Source: Phoronis australis
Taxonomy: Eukaryota; Animalia; Phoronida
DNA length: 64,000 bases
Reading direction: 5' to 3'
Assembly: GCA_002633005.1 (NCBI GenBank)
Contig: NMRA01000452.1
Coordinates: forward strand, 261,928-325,927
The notes beneath the pieces were generated by a model. The model saw nothing but the letters and a program-made list of their open reading frames with translations. It was not told the origin of the DNA and searched no databases. This document shows, in pieces, positions 1 through 26,330 of this stretch. The position numbers and the translations under genes were made by a program. Every line of letters starts with the position of its first letter. The stretch's first letter is position 1.

Positions 1-2
1 AC

Positions 3-95
<93 letters not shown>

Positions 96-1978
96 TAGAA
101 GGCAGTAACTGTTGTGCTTATTTTTGGGACATGTAAACTGATATGTACGATTATAATTTTTAAGTGTTAAATAATTTGAGTAGTTGGTCATCTGGCTTTA
201 TGCTAGTCATATGCATGGCGCCCTGCACAATGAACCGGGCAGAAACGTGGAATTTATTTTGTCAGATTGTTCAACAAAAGTTAACTTTGTACTTGGAATC
301 TGTTATTGTTGATTTATTCTGATGACCTCTGTTTTTGTAGCATAGCAGTCAGCTTTAGAAAAAATGAAAATAGTAATTTTAACATTTTATGTTTAGGGCT
401 GTTCCAATAAAATCAGTGTGGGAGGGGGGATGGCAGTAGAAATAAAAATTCATGGGTGGTGGTCTTCAGAGAAAAACTCAAATTATGGGTGGTCGTTCCT
501 GTAAGAAGTGATGCGTGGTATTTATTGCCCGCTAAACTCAAAAAAATGCAATTGCAATAATTTTTATATCCTAACTTATCCAAATACAAAAAAGCCCATA
601 TTGCCTGTGATCAGAGTGCAATGTTCACTAAGCCATTAATCAAGTCATGGGCAACTTGATTTGAGCCAACCGTTTGTCTGCAGTCCTATTGAATTGAAAA
701 GTTATGCAACACTAAACTGGTGTTAACACATATAAGAAAACTGATGATTTTTAAATAAAAAGTATGAGGAGTAAGATAAACAAGTTCCAATATTCACTTG
801 ACATAGAAGTATAAAAGAGTTCGTGGAGACAGTTTGAGATTCATAGATCCTTGTAATTGAAAAAATGTTCATTGAAATTATAGACACATGGTGAACAGAG
901 ACACCTGGTGGCTGCCAAAAGTATTGCTCACAGGCTACTTAAAGNGTCCTGCCTTCTGTGTGAAGATATTAATGATTTAGATCACTTAACCGCTATGAAA
1001 CTGTGGTGTATTCTGCAGATACAACACATTAGCTTGGACTCGTTGCGAAAAATTTCCGCTTATGAATTTTTCCCTATAATTTAGGAATTCAGTTCCACAA
1101 TTCACCATTCCAGCCTCGCCGACCAATCACTGCAGTGGCTACCATGTTGTTTTGATGCTCTAATTAATAAACGTCTTGTCCATACATGTGAAAATTCACT
1201 TTTGACTAGTCATGGGTGATCTCACTATTATTGCAAGAAACTTGGTTTGCCCAAGACAACCACTGATGCATTCCTTAATCATGTTAAAGATGATTTACAG
1301 TTAAGAGAAGTTGTTGACTTTTCACAGCTGGTCGTTTTCCTTGTTGAGCGTGGTCTTGAGTAATAATGAAGAGACAATAGGTCTATGTAAGGCCATAAAT
1401 CACTTTTCATTTGAGTAAGGAAGGTATGAGTATCCCCGTTTTGTAGCAGTAACTGGTCTAAATCACAAGATATTTTTTATGGAAGGTAGGGTTTGTGGCC
1501 CCTGCTAGACAGTGAGTGACTTGATGGCCTTTGCAATACTCCATATATGCCTAGGTCACTAGATGGAGCCACTTGAACTCACAAGTTCCTTAATTTCTGA
1601 CACAAAAAATTATTTAATTTCAAAGAACGTGGAATCATTTCCATGGCCTTGTTGCAATATTTGGTTAGAAAATGTAACTTAATCAAACTTGAGAAAGGAA
1701 AAGGAATTATAGCAAACCTTCAGTAAGCAGTTGTTGCATATCAAAATAAACTCCCATTACGGAAACAGGGTTCTCTTGCTATAAAATGGGTGTCACTGAT
1801 GTTTAAAGGCATTACATGAACGAAATGGGAATTAGTGAATGATGGAAATGACTTCATTTTTCTAGTTGTCATTTGCTCTTGTGGGATTTAGTCTTTAATT
1901 CTTAGAAAGTGAATGTGCCGTGTGTGTGGTTCACATTCATCCCTGTCAACAGCATTATATTCCTGCAATGTTTTACAG

Positions 1979-4163
1979 AGGTGTTCGTCCGTTTGGAGTC
2001 TCATTGCTTATTGCGGGGTGGGACGAAGATGAAGAACGGCCATATTTATATCAGTGTGATCCGTCTGTAAGTAATGTGCACTTTACTTAGCAGTAAGTCG
2101 TGTGTGGTTACAGTCTTTGAACGAAACTATCTTTGTATACAGATCATTGTCTCTTTAAGGAATGTGAACTTCCAGTTTGTTACATGGATTTTGAAGTAGG
2201 TATACCAGCCAGTCTTTGGTCCAACTGCTATATGAATTTATGGAGTATTAAAGATGTTTTGCACTGTTCCTCAAGATTGTTTTATTCATTTAAGTGAAAT
2301 AAGTTTTTGACAACTAGTGTTGTGTGAAGTCACCGACAAATGTTTCTTGTTTCAGGGAGCCTATTTTGCATGGAAGGCCACAGCAATGGGCAAGAACTTT
2401 GTCAATGGGAAAACATTCTTAGAAAAAAGGTAGAAGGCAGTAACTGTTGTGCTTATTTTTGGGATATGGAAACTGATATGTACGATTATAATTATTAAGT
2501 GTAAATAATTTGAGTAGTTGGTCATCTGGCTTTGTGCTAGTCATATGCATGGCGCCCTGCACAATGAACCAGGCAGAAATGTGGAATTTATTTTGTCAGA
2601 TTGTTCAACAAAAGTTAACTTTGTACTTGGAATCTGTTATTGTTGATCTATTCTGATGACCTCTGTTTTTGTAGCGTAGCAGTCAGCTTTAGAAAAAGTG
2701 AAAATAGTAATTTTAACATTTTATGTTTAGGTTTGTTCCAGTAAAATCCGTGTGGGAGGGGGGGGGGACGGCAGTAGAAATAAAAATTCATGGGTGGTGG
2801 TCTTCAGAAAAAAACTCAAATTATGGGTGGTCGTTCCTGTAAGAAGTTATGTGTGGTATTTATTGACCTGTTAATGTTGACTGGTTGGTTACTTCAGCCC
2901 TCTAAACTCAAAAAAATGCAATTGCCATATATCCTAACTTATCCCAATACAAAAAAGCCCATATTGCCAGTGATCAGAGTGCAATATGTTCACTAAGCCA
3001 TTAATCAAGTCATGGGCAACTTGATTTGAGCCAACTGTTTGTCTGCAGTCCTATTGAATTGAAAAGTTATGCAACACTAAACTGGTGTTAACACATATAA
3101 GAAAATTGATGATTTTTAAATAAAAAGTATGAGGAGTAAGATAAACAAGTTCCAATATTCACTTGACATAGAAGTATAAAAGAGTTCGTGGAGACAGTTT
3201 GAGATTCATAGATCCTTATAATTGAAAAAATGTTCATTGAAATTATAGACACATGGTGAACAGAGACACCTGGTGGCTGCCAAAAGTATTGCTCACAGGC
3301 TACTTTAGTTTTTGACAATATTGGACAAGACAACTAGTTCTTGTCTGTCAATCATCTAAGTTCTTAACAGGTCCTCCTGGAGGCAATTTGTTTGCAAGTG
3401 TTGGATTTTATGTTTTAACCTATTAAAAATAATTAAAAAATTATGGGTCATGGGTTGGAGAAATAAATGAAAAATATGGGCGGTGGGTACGAAATAAAAG
3501 TGCCTTCCCCCCTCCCATAGAGGTTTTGCTGGAACAGCCCTTATTTGAAATAACAGAATTACTGTGTCAACTCCTTCCGTTTTTTTGGTACGGTTCAAGG
3601 ATTGTTTTTATCTAATTTTATTAAATTCTGTGTCGAATTGAGCACTTGATCAGCAGTTCTGGTAGTGTTGTGATCAAGCTCGTTAGAGTGTACACGTGTT
3701 ATTGGACGATTCCACTATATTTGTTCCCTTCACTACATGTAAAAATACAGTGTAATAGGTTGGTCTAGTAGCATGGTATTTTATTTTCTGGTGATACTTG
3801 TTAATCCCCCTCTGTAAAGTGTTGAATACGAGGAAATTTTGTGGTATTTTTGTGCATATGGGGGAATGAGTACTATTTAATCAGCTTGTTATTAACAATT
3901 ATTTTAAAATATAATGGTAATAATAATAACATTAATAATAATGATATTCACTTGTCTCATTCAAACAAATCTTGTTTCAATGTTTCAGGTACAATGATGA
4001 TCTTGAGTTAGAAGATGCTGTGCACACAGCCATCATGACCTTGAAGGAAAGTTTTGAAGGTCAAATGACAGAAGATAACATAGAAATCGGCATCAGTAAC
4101 AAAGATGGCTTTAAACGACTTACACCATCTGAAGTGAAGGACTACCTGGCAGCTATAAATTAA
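1979..4163 (+). CDS. PSMA2: Proteasome subunit alpha type-2, last three exons: join(1979..2066,2356..2429,3989..4163); 5' exons lie upstream of the window
   Basis: AG/GT-bounded exons in consistent phase encode [29 protein letters not shown] / [25 protein letters not shown] / [57 protein letters not shown], the known PSMA2 C-terminal half. Confidence 0.95.
2730..3540. mobile_element. PIF/Harbinger (Tourist-like) MITE in the last PSMA2 intron
   Basis: The left end GG(G/T)(C/T)TGTTCCA..AAAATC.GTGTGGGAGGGGG (intact GGGCTGTTCC in the duplicate copy at 396) is inverted to the right end CCCCCTCCCATAGAGGTTTTGCTGGAACAGCCC. TTA flanks both sides (2727-2729, 3541-3543). No transposase ORF. Confidence 0.7.
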
Positions 4164-4310
4164 TAGTCACCTGAATATAGACTTTAAATATAGGAGACAT
4201 GAAAATGCATCGTGATGTTGACTTTTGTTTATAAATATTTCTCATTTCATTTGTGGATGTATTGTGACCTTCAGTTCATACTGGCGGAGCTTGTAATGTG
4301 AATACATTGT

Positions 4311-4316
4311 ATTAAA
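4311..4316 (+). promoter_or_regulatory. Candidate poly(A) signal (ATTAAA) of PSMA2
   Basis: ATTAAA about 150 nt after the stop codon, followed by T/GT-rich sequence. Confidence 0.45.
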
Positions 4317-6034
4317 TCTTTGTCCTCTTGCGTTTCTGTCAGTTCAGTAACAAAGTATATTAACATATCCACTGTGCAGCCGTTAATAACCATGGTAACG
4401 GAATGGTGAAATATGCCTCGTCGCTTGACGACTTACAGCAACTTGCATTCCTGTAGGGCTTTAATGCAGTGGGGTATTTCTACGCATTTTTATAATTTTT
4501 TGTGACCATCATGCTGTCAAATTGTCACTGCTATGTGGTGGGATATTGAAATGATCCACAAAAAATGCAATACCTAAAAGCTTCAGTCTCTAATTAAATC
4601 CTAGTATGTAATTACATCCCAGTCAAGTCCTGCCTTCCTCACCAGAATTAGAAATTTGGTTAAGGGAAAGACACTTTTGTGCACAATGGTAGTCGTGTTC
4701 AGAGATTTCCTATTGGGGAAATCCAAAAACGGGCTTTGGCATACAACAGACATTCCATGTACAAGTCCACACGTTCGTGTTTCTGAGCAGCTTTCGGCTC
4801 CTATCAACCACATGGGCTTGCAAAGGAGACAAATTGAGTGTGTGTGGTTACCTGAGCGGATACAGTAAGTTAAATGCCATGTTAAAAGAAAACAAAGTTT
4901 CCATCCAAAATCACTTATACATTGTTTTCTGATATTTATAAATTAAAGCTGGATAGACTTCAAACCCCTTCTCACCTGTCAGTAATTACCTGAGTAATCA
5001 ACGAAATGCACCTACCAATCACCTTTATCATAAAAAAGTAAAAAGTGGACTAAAAAACTTGAAAGAATGCGCCACAATTTGTTTTTACAGATTCCCAGAA
5101 TGCATTAGCTGACACCAACATTTTTACACCTTTTCCAGCAACCTGATAGCGTTAAGAAATTCCAAGAAAATGACTGTTAATTACAAAAAAAACATGATTA
5201 AGAAACAAAACATCAACAAAGTAATGATAGTTTCATCAGTTAACATTTGCACCTATAGTCCACTTTACACACTCGGGACATTAATTGTTAACCAAACCTT
5301 TCAGGTGCTGTTTTCATTCATAGATAACACAATATAACTGCAGGCGGTCTGATACACGTACTAGACGCGTGCAGGCCATGCATGTCAGCGCATTGCACTG
5401 ATCTTCTGTTATCATTTTTAGATAACACAATAACATGAAACAATAATATTCCAACAAGAGAACGAGTCTCCCAAATTTTACAATGAACACACTGAGTAGT
5501 GCGCTACAGTTAACAAATTTACAGTAAACAATGCAATCCAACATACATAACGTATCAACAACTTTCATCAGTTACAGAAGGCACATCTAAAAAGCCTCCG
5601 TCGTCTTCATGCAAAAATGTTCTAGTTAGTACCTTAGGCATCACGACATCAAAATGAAAAAATAGCATTCTACACGATTGTGTCATACCAACCACTAAAA
5701 TTCCCCATTTCCCAATTTCAAATTCTACGTCAATAACATGTTTGCAACCTTGCTTCCAGTTAGAAAGTGACTGGAATACTCTGTGGACAGAGCCAGCCCA
5801 ATGACATGCAACTACAAAAACTACACTAACATGTCACGGCCCCTGTCTAATAAGTGAGAACTCTGTGACCCAACATAACCTGGCAGGTGAATGTAAGTGA
5901 CCAAATCCAAGTGTCACAACCACCATATCAACAACGTAACACTGTCTACACTTACTGGAGCTATAAACCCAAGCTCAGTTAATAGCCCACCTTCCATTAT
6001 AAGACTGAATTCATTTTGAACTTTGCTCAGAAGA

Positions 6035-6115
6035 GAAGTGATTTTTGACCTTGAGAAGAGAAATTTGACCTTGAGAAGTGACTTCTGACCTAGAGAAAAG
6101 ATTTCTAACCTTGGG
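6035..6115. repeat. Degenerate ~20-bp tandem repeat (TTTGACCTTGAGAAG..) x4
   Basis: tttttgaccttgagaagag / aatttgaccttgagaagtg / ttctgacctagagaaaag / ttctaaccttggga. Confidence 0.6.
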
Positions 6116-6625
6116 ATGATCTCACATTATGTTATTGCTAGAGGCCATGATTGATGCAGAAAATAACATGCTGTGTCAAGCTAACTTATTAGCCTGAGGC
6201 CTTCTTCATGAACAGTGACTTTAATAGGACTTGTGTTAGAAATTTAGTCTTAGGCTCCACACGACTATGAAATATACTTAATCTCATTTGAGCAACAGCA
6301 CAACATCTCTGAGAATAAACACATGACTGCTAGTTACTGAGATGTCTATATAAACTGTGATGCGCTCATTATTCCTCGACTAAATCTTTATTCAGCAATT
6401 ATGACGCAGGAGTGTCAGACCAAACATCTGTCTTAAGTGTTAAGTCACGTTTCACGAAACAAAGGGTCCTAGTCTCAAGTAATAACAAAATAACAAAACT
6501 TCCCAAGTCCAGTAATCTCTTCTCAGAAAGGTACACATTGGGACCAGATTTGAAATGGTGGATGTTCTAAATCAAATTTTACTTTTTTGAGAGAAGCCAA
6601 AATTATTGCTACAGCTTTAAATGGT

Positions 6626-20506
<13,881 letters not shown>

Positions 20507-21779
20507 TTTGCAACCAAAGGTCAATGTGGTGAACCATTCCAAGATGAAGGTAGGACGATTTTGATTAGTCATTGCGCGTTTAAACATTTTGTTTATTGCA
20601 TTCTATTTTCTTACTTTTATTTATACAGATAAATTTTAAATTTGCTTGCTCGCGTCATTTAACTTATTCTACAGTAATTTCAAAGCAAAATGGGAACCTT
20701 CATTGCATACGACCCCTATTTTATGGAATCGGCCATATGGACTGAGAATGATAAAACTAAAATAATGCTCAGGTCAGATGTTGAAAGTTTTCGTTACAAT
20801 TACTTGAGTGACACCTGGCGCTAGATATTGAGCTTTGTCCAGCCTAAACTTGAGTGACAACTGGCGTTAGGTTGGGTTTTGTCCCGACAACGGGTCCCGT
20901 GCGTGGATGTCAACAAAAGTTTTAACCATGAACCTAATACTTTTCCGGAAGAATGTTATGGTTAAATAAGGTCTATTGGGAAAATAGTTCGCATACAACG
21001 TGTATTCGTGCCAATAGTTGACCGCATAAAAACATGCATTTAGTAACTCGATCAGCTAGCTAAAATAAAAATCGAATTAGCCATTTTACCATAACTAGAT
21101 AAAATCGACCTCATAATATCTCTTATCATGATGAGATTCTTTTTAGCTGTCAACAGAAGTCACAGACAGGCAATGTGTTTTCCCTATCTTCGAATAGCGA
21201 GAGTAGATACACCCAGTCCAAGCCTAGTAAGAACTGCCGGGTTTGAACTCGCACTGCACAGTGAGTGAGCCGTTGATGGGGGTTTCGATGTTCTTCTAGT
21301 AACAGAAATAGAAACTTCTCATTGTAAAACAAACAAAAAATGAGTTGATGAGAGTAAAAGGCCTATTTTGATTTTCATTTTGGTAGCTAAAGAGGTGAAA
21401 TTTGGTAATTGTTGGTCGGAGCCATTGACTTGCATAAGGCCCAGATAGGAAAAGATAAGTCCATGGCGTTAGCACATCCGAGATACGAACAATTTGTTGC
21501 CATAGTAGCAAAGCATTCGGAGAATAACGAGCCTGCGGCCAATGATTCTTTGATGAATAGTTTGTTTCTGTGGTTGTCCAAGGTAATAATTCTAACGTTA
21601 TTAACTGATGATGTGCCGCCAGCCTCTGAACAATGCCTGAATGCATTACTATTGACAGAGGTGTCATGTTCATTCAGCTAAGCCTTCGAGGCATCACAAT
21701 AATTATTACATTCGGTGCAATCAATTCTGTTCATTGATACAATAAACAACTTGGCTCTCACTAGTATATCCGATGCCGT

Positions 21780-21890
21780 TGTGTAGAGCCTTTGAAAATG
21801 GTCCAAACTTGGCTAATTTCGGAACGTCAGATCTCAGAGATGGCAGATGGGATATATATGAAACATTCACATTGTGTGCTAAGTTACTCA
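21780..21890 (+). repeat. Dispersed repeat family member (related copies at ~35090-35200 and ~50935-51050)
   Basis: Shared motif ..G(G/A)CCCTAGAAAAATG..AATTT..CTTC(G/A)G.AC.CCATATCTCA.A.A.G.C.GA..GGAT....TGAAAC. The 50935 copy starts TTAAGG, suggesting a MITE end. Confidence 0.45.
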
Positions 21891-22327
21891 AAGTTCTTCG
21901 AAAAGCTTTCAGGATTTGTCTTTAAATTATTTCGTGAAAAAATGCCCAAGTTGTGTTTTTGAAGCTTTCACACTGCACTATACTTCATGCAAAGTTCCCC
22001 AAAACTCCTTTCGGGGAGTATTTTTGAAATCCACTACTGCGTGAGAGTCTATAAAAATAAGATTTTTATGAAGAAACTCAAAAGTTGCACAATATAATGA
22101 AAGAAAAACAAAATAATTCCGGAAATTGGGTAGATCATTTTTTACAACACTGACATATGTGTAGATTCTACCAACCACTCGCATAAGTCACTCCTGATCA
22201 GATTTATTTGAATTAGGGCTGAGTACAATACAAGTGACGTACCAATAAACTTTGAGTTAGGAGCAAAAATCAGACTTATGCACGACATGTGCACTTTATC
22301 GAGTTGACTAAACTCAACGTGTTTCTC

Positions 22328-25300
22328 CATTGCCGGATTAAGGGTTTGCGGGGCCCTTAGCTAAAAGAAGTCCAAGGGCCCCATTTACTAATTTGAGGTA
22401 ACTGATGTATATCTATAAAGTGTTTTTTTAAATTTTAAGTTACAAACGGAATATACTAATCCGAATTTGAAAGTTGGGATTGTTAATGCATTCCTACCGA
22501 AAAAGCTGTCACTATAATCTAGGATTTATACCGACGAATTTACACATTCAGGTAATGTGTATTAACGTGATACGGCAGTTTATTTGCTCTTCTTATGATT
22601 TAGCGAAGTTCTCTTTTCTTGTTTTTAATGTGGGAAGCTTCAATTAATGCTAACATCATTATCAAGACTTCTTAATTTTCTCTTTCCACGTTCACAGTAG
22701 CTCCTGCCCATGTTTTTTTTCTTGCGACATCTTTGCACGCAGTACGCGTTTTATTCCTTTAAATTGTGAAAATGACCTTTCTCTAGAGCAATTAGAGACC
22801 ACGAGACTCAAAAACAATCTCAACACTCATGTTCTGTGTTTAGGAACTTTGACATAATTCGAACAGATTATTTGATACAAGTTCTTGAAATCCATTTGGC
22901 CAGCGCCAGTAAGTTATTCTGCTCCAAGTAATTATGGAGAAGAAGCAGTTCACCAATAAGGTTTTATTCGCTGTATATTCCTTCTTCTATGTTTCAACTG
23001 GGAACTGGATTTCGCCAATGGGAAAAGCAGCTTGTGAATGACAAATGAAAGGATTCTTGAAAAAAGGTTGCACACATCCCAACCTGAAAGACGTTTCGTA
23101 TTCCGGCAACACTGCCCCGAAATCGTTCATGAAAGTCTTAGTATTAATCGTGTTTGTGAGTGATAAATTTTCAAGTGTTTTTTTTGACTTGCTTTCAGAA
23201 TTTGGAGAACTCGAGTGACTTAGTGACAGAATCTTCACGTAATGTCTGATCAGAGAGAAACTTGCGTTTTGATTTTGAGATACTGGTTTGTTCTCCGGAA
23301 CTATTGTGAAATGAAAGTATTTAATTTGGGAATTTTTCAGGTCCCATTTAAACTGTCGCCTTTGTTTTCTTTTCCGATGACTTGTGTTGTATGTTTGTTT
23401 CATTTCAATCTAAAGACGGCCGAAAGTACAATAACACAGCCGCATTGAAGTACCGGCAGTAACTTACAATCGAATCATATCAAACTAACTTTAATGGGGG
23501 TGCATTAAAACCATTGACATTTTTCCTCCTTAAATTCACTGCCTTAGCAACCTGTAACTATAGAGTTTTCTGTGAGCAAGACCACGAAAACCTTTCGAAA
23601 TAAACATTAATCCTAAATATTTATATAAATTTACAATATTAACAGTATTTCTATCATACGTCCATTTTTCATACGATCTAACATTCCACCCTTTCTGAAA
23701 ACAATTATCTTAGTCTTCGACATGTTAACAATCAATTTCCATTTCTAACAATACTCATATAAAATATTCATTTTTTCTGCAGTCCTTTAACACTAAAGGA
23801 CAATAAAACCAAATCAACAGCAAACAACAGATACAATAATTCAGCTGTTCCCATGGAAATTTTTTCACCGCCACCGGATTTTAATTCTTGCTCTAAATCA
23901 TTTATAAATAAAATAAACAAAAACAGTGATAGCCGAGACTCTCACCCTGAGAGCCTTGCTTTAGACCACTTTGACCACCAAAGAACTCCGTATAGCTCCC
24001 ATTATTCAATCTCATGCACGTTTTTACCTCCGCGTACATTGCTTTGATTATTTTATACATCTTACCTTCTATGCGATTGTTCTTTAATTTAAGATATAAT
24101 GTCCTTCTATATATACATGTATATGCTGTCAAAAGCGGTTTTAAAAACCACGAAAGCACTACAGAATCTACCTTTCTCCCGTAATATAAAGCAAACACGT
24201 GATCCACCGTACTGTGCCCTTTCTTAAACGCAGCTCCATACATACTAATTACGTTTTCTCTTTCCGACCATTTTGAAGTCGCCGGCATACTATTTTTTTC
24301 GAATATTTTGGCTGTGACTTGCATGAGGGAAATTCCTCTGAAATTTCCAGCAATTTTTTAACCGCCCTTTATTATTGGTAATGTAATGGATTATGTTCAT
24401 TCTTTTGGAAACACACCACTTTTAAAAAAGTAGTTGTATTGATGGAACAGCGAATCTACCAACTTTTTATCAGCATACTTGTAGAACTCAATGCTAATTT
24501 TATCACATCCTGGCAAAGTTCCGTCTTTCATACTACTGATGGTTTGTATAATTTCGTCTTTTGTGATTTAAGCGTCCAGCTCCATTTCAACAATAGCATT
24601 ACTTGAATTGATGTCATTTTTACTGAGTTCCCAATAAATGCATGAAATTCAATGAACTCCGAATTAATAACACAATACCTGCCTTCAAACAGAGGGGTGA
24701 AATAGTTTATCCATTCCTCCAGTTTAATATTCGTCGTTACACATTTCTTCTTAGTATTTAATATGCGCCAGAATTTTTACTGTCTTTACTCTCCACAGCT
24801 GATTTCAAATTTTTGTAATGTTTTCTGTTACACTCTATCTGTTTCACTTTTTTAACTTCCCATAATCTCTTCTAGCTTGTACACATGTAGTTCGGCTATT
24901 GTTTTTGCTCAGTGTTCCAATACTGAATCTAAAATTACTTAATTTTTGCCTAACGACACCTCCCATTTCCCTACATGCAGCGTTAAACCATTTGGGAAAA
25001 CTAATTGGATTATACAAGATGTTTAGTTTTGGTTTTAACATGTCGGCTGCATGCACACAATTTAATAGCTTCCGTTAAACTTTCTACACTTGAATCTATG
25101 GTAGAGGGTAAATGACTGTACGTCAGCGAGCAACTGACCCACCTCCAGACTCGACCAGATTTCTCCATACCATAGGCCCAACCCCTCATTCCATTTACCG
25201 GAATAAACATTTTCAATCTGTTCACCTCGAGCCCAGTTGTTTTGCTGCGCCTTACATATAAACTAAAAGTCAATGAAAAGAGGACAGTCGATTCACATAT

Positions 25301-26097
25301 TTCACCGATTTCAAAACGGTCCAGACAGTACAATAAATCGTTACTCATCATGACATAGTCAACAATACCAGATCCAGTAGTACACATGTTACATTACCAA
25401 TGTCTGTATCTTTTTCAATTCTTCCATTCAGAATTCTTATCTCATATCTTTTACAAAACTTATAATTCTGCTCCAAACTCATTTACCTCTTGCGAAGACC
25501 TACAACATAGACTATCTTCTACATAACCAACACAATCAAAAACATCACTGGATTCATCCACGTACTGTAATACTGTCATCTTCAATAAAGTCTGGCCTGT
25601 ACGCGTACGAACATTAAAATCGCCCCCTTCATTTCCGCAGAAAAACCGTGCACCACCCGCTCAAGTATTTTTCCAAATTGTTACTTGAACTTTTTGGAGA
25701 CTGATACACATTTGCAACTAAAACAGGATACAGATAATCGGGCAGGTCGAGTTTATCCATCAAACGCCAGACCTTGAAGGGAGTCTATCAGCCCCTGATA
25801 CGTCCTTACAAAATAATACACCACCACCAGAATTACGAAATGCTTGAGGGCGTTTATTTTTCAGGGTGTTTATATCTCACCGACCCAAAACACTGGTAAT
25901 AGAAAATAAGAAATGCTGTTTAGCGATAGCTTTTGTTCTCGTCTGCTCTCTTGGCGCAAATAGTTTCAAACAAAAATTTGTTTTGAGGGCTGTTTCTGCA
26001 AGGTGGGCGCCCTGTTTTGGGGGTCCGTTTCTGTAAGGTTGACGCCCTGTTTTACGTGGGTCCCAAGCTGTAGCTTAATATAGTTTAATGGACGCTG
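22328..26097 (-). mobile_element. Decayed hAT DNA transposon interrupted by a nested LINE
   Basis: Minus strand 22678-22826 reads VLRLFLSLVVSNCSRERSFSQFKGIKRVLRAKMSQEK, matching the hAT dimerisation motif. Ends are CATTGCCGGATTAAG..GGGGCCC and GGGTCCCAAGCTGTAGCTTAATATAG..CGCTG. The 8-bp flanks TGTTTCTC / TGGGTCTC match at 6 of 8. Confidence 0.7.
23540..25870 (-). mobile_element. Decayed non-LTR retrotransposon (APE endonuclease + reverse transcriptase), frameshifted
   Basis: APE motifs GDFNVRT (~25605-25625) and GSGIVDY. RT motifs AAFKKGHSTVDHVF, GKMYKIIKAMY, GLKQG, LLFAVDLVLL (degenerate YADD), NMSKTKIIVF and YKYLG. Confidence 0.85.
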
Positions 26098-26258
26098 TGG
26101 GTCTCACTTTGTTTTCTGAAAGTGAAGAGTCACTGATGATGCAGTTGGATGTTTTGAATGAGATTTTGTGGGTACTGAGAAAACAGAAAATTTGAAAATT
26201 AATTATTTATTCAAGAATGTACAAATGAGCACAAGAGACCAGCTCATAAAAGCACGAT

Positions 26259-26330
26259 TGTATGCACAGTGTATGCATAGTGTATGCACAGTGTATGCAT
26301 AGTGTATGCACAGTGTATGCATAGTGTATG
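26259..26330. repeat. 22-bp (11-bp dimer) minisatellite TGTATGCACAGTGTATGCATAG x~3
   Basis: Directly visible, in the probable DCLK 3' UTR. Confidence 0.85.

Noticed and set aside
1190-1860. Coding-looking stretch in the PSMA2 intron after N945
   Set aside because: Multiple stops in the frames read and no identifiable domain.
21150-21700. Cluster of overlapping 60-125 aa ORFs upstream of AGPS
   Set aside because: No recognisable motif or consistent splice chain. Possibly decayed repeat sequence, but I could not assign it.
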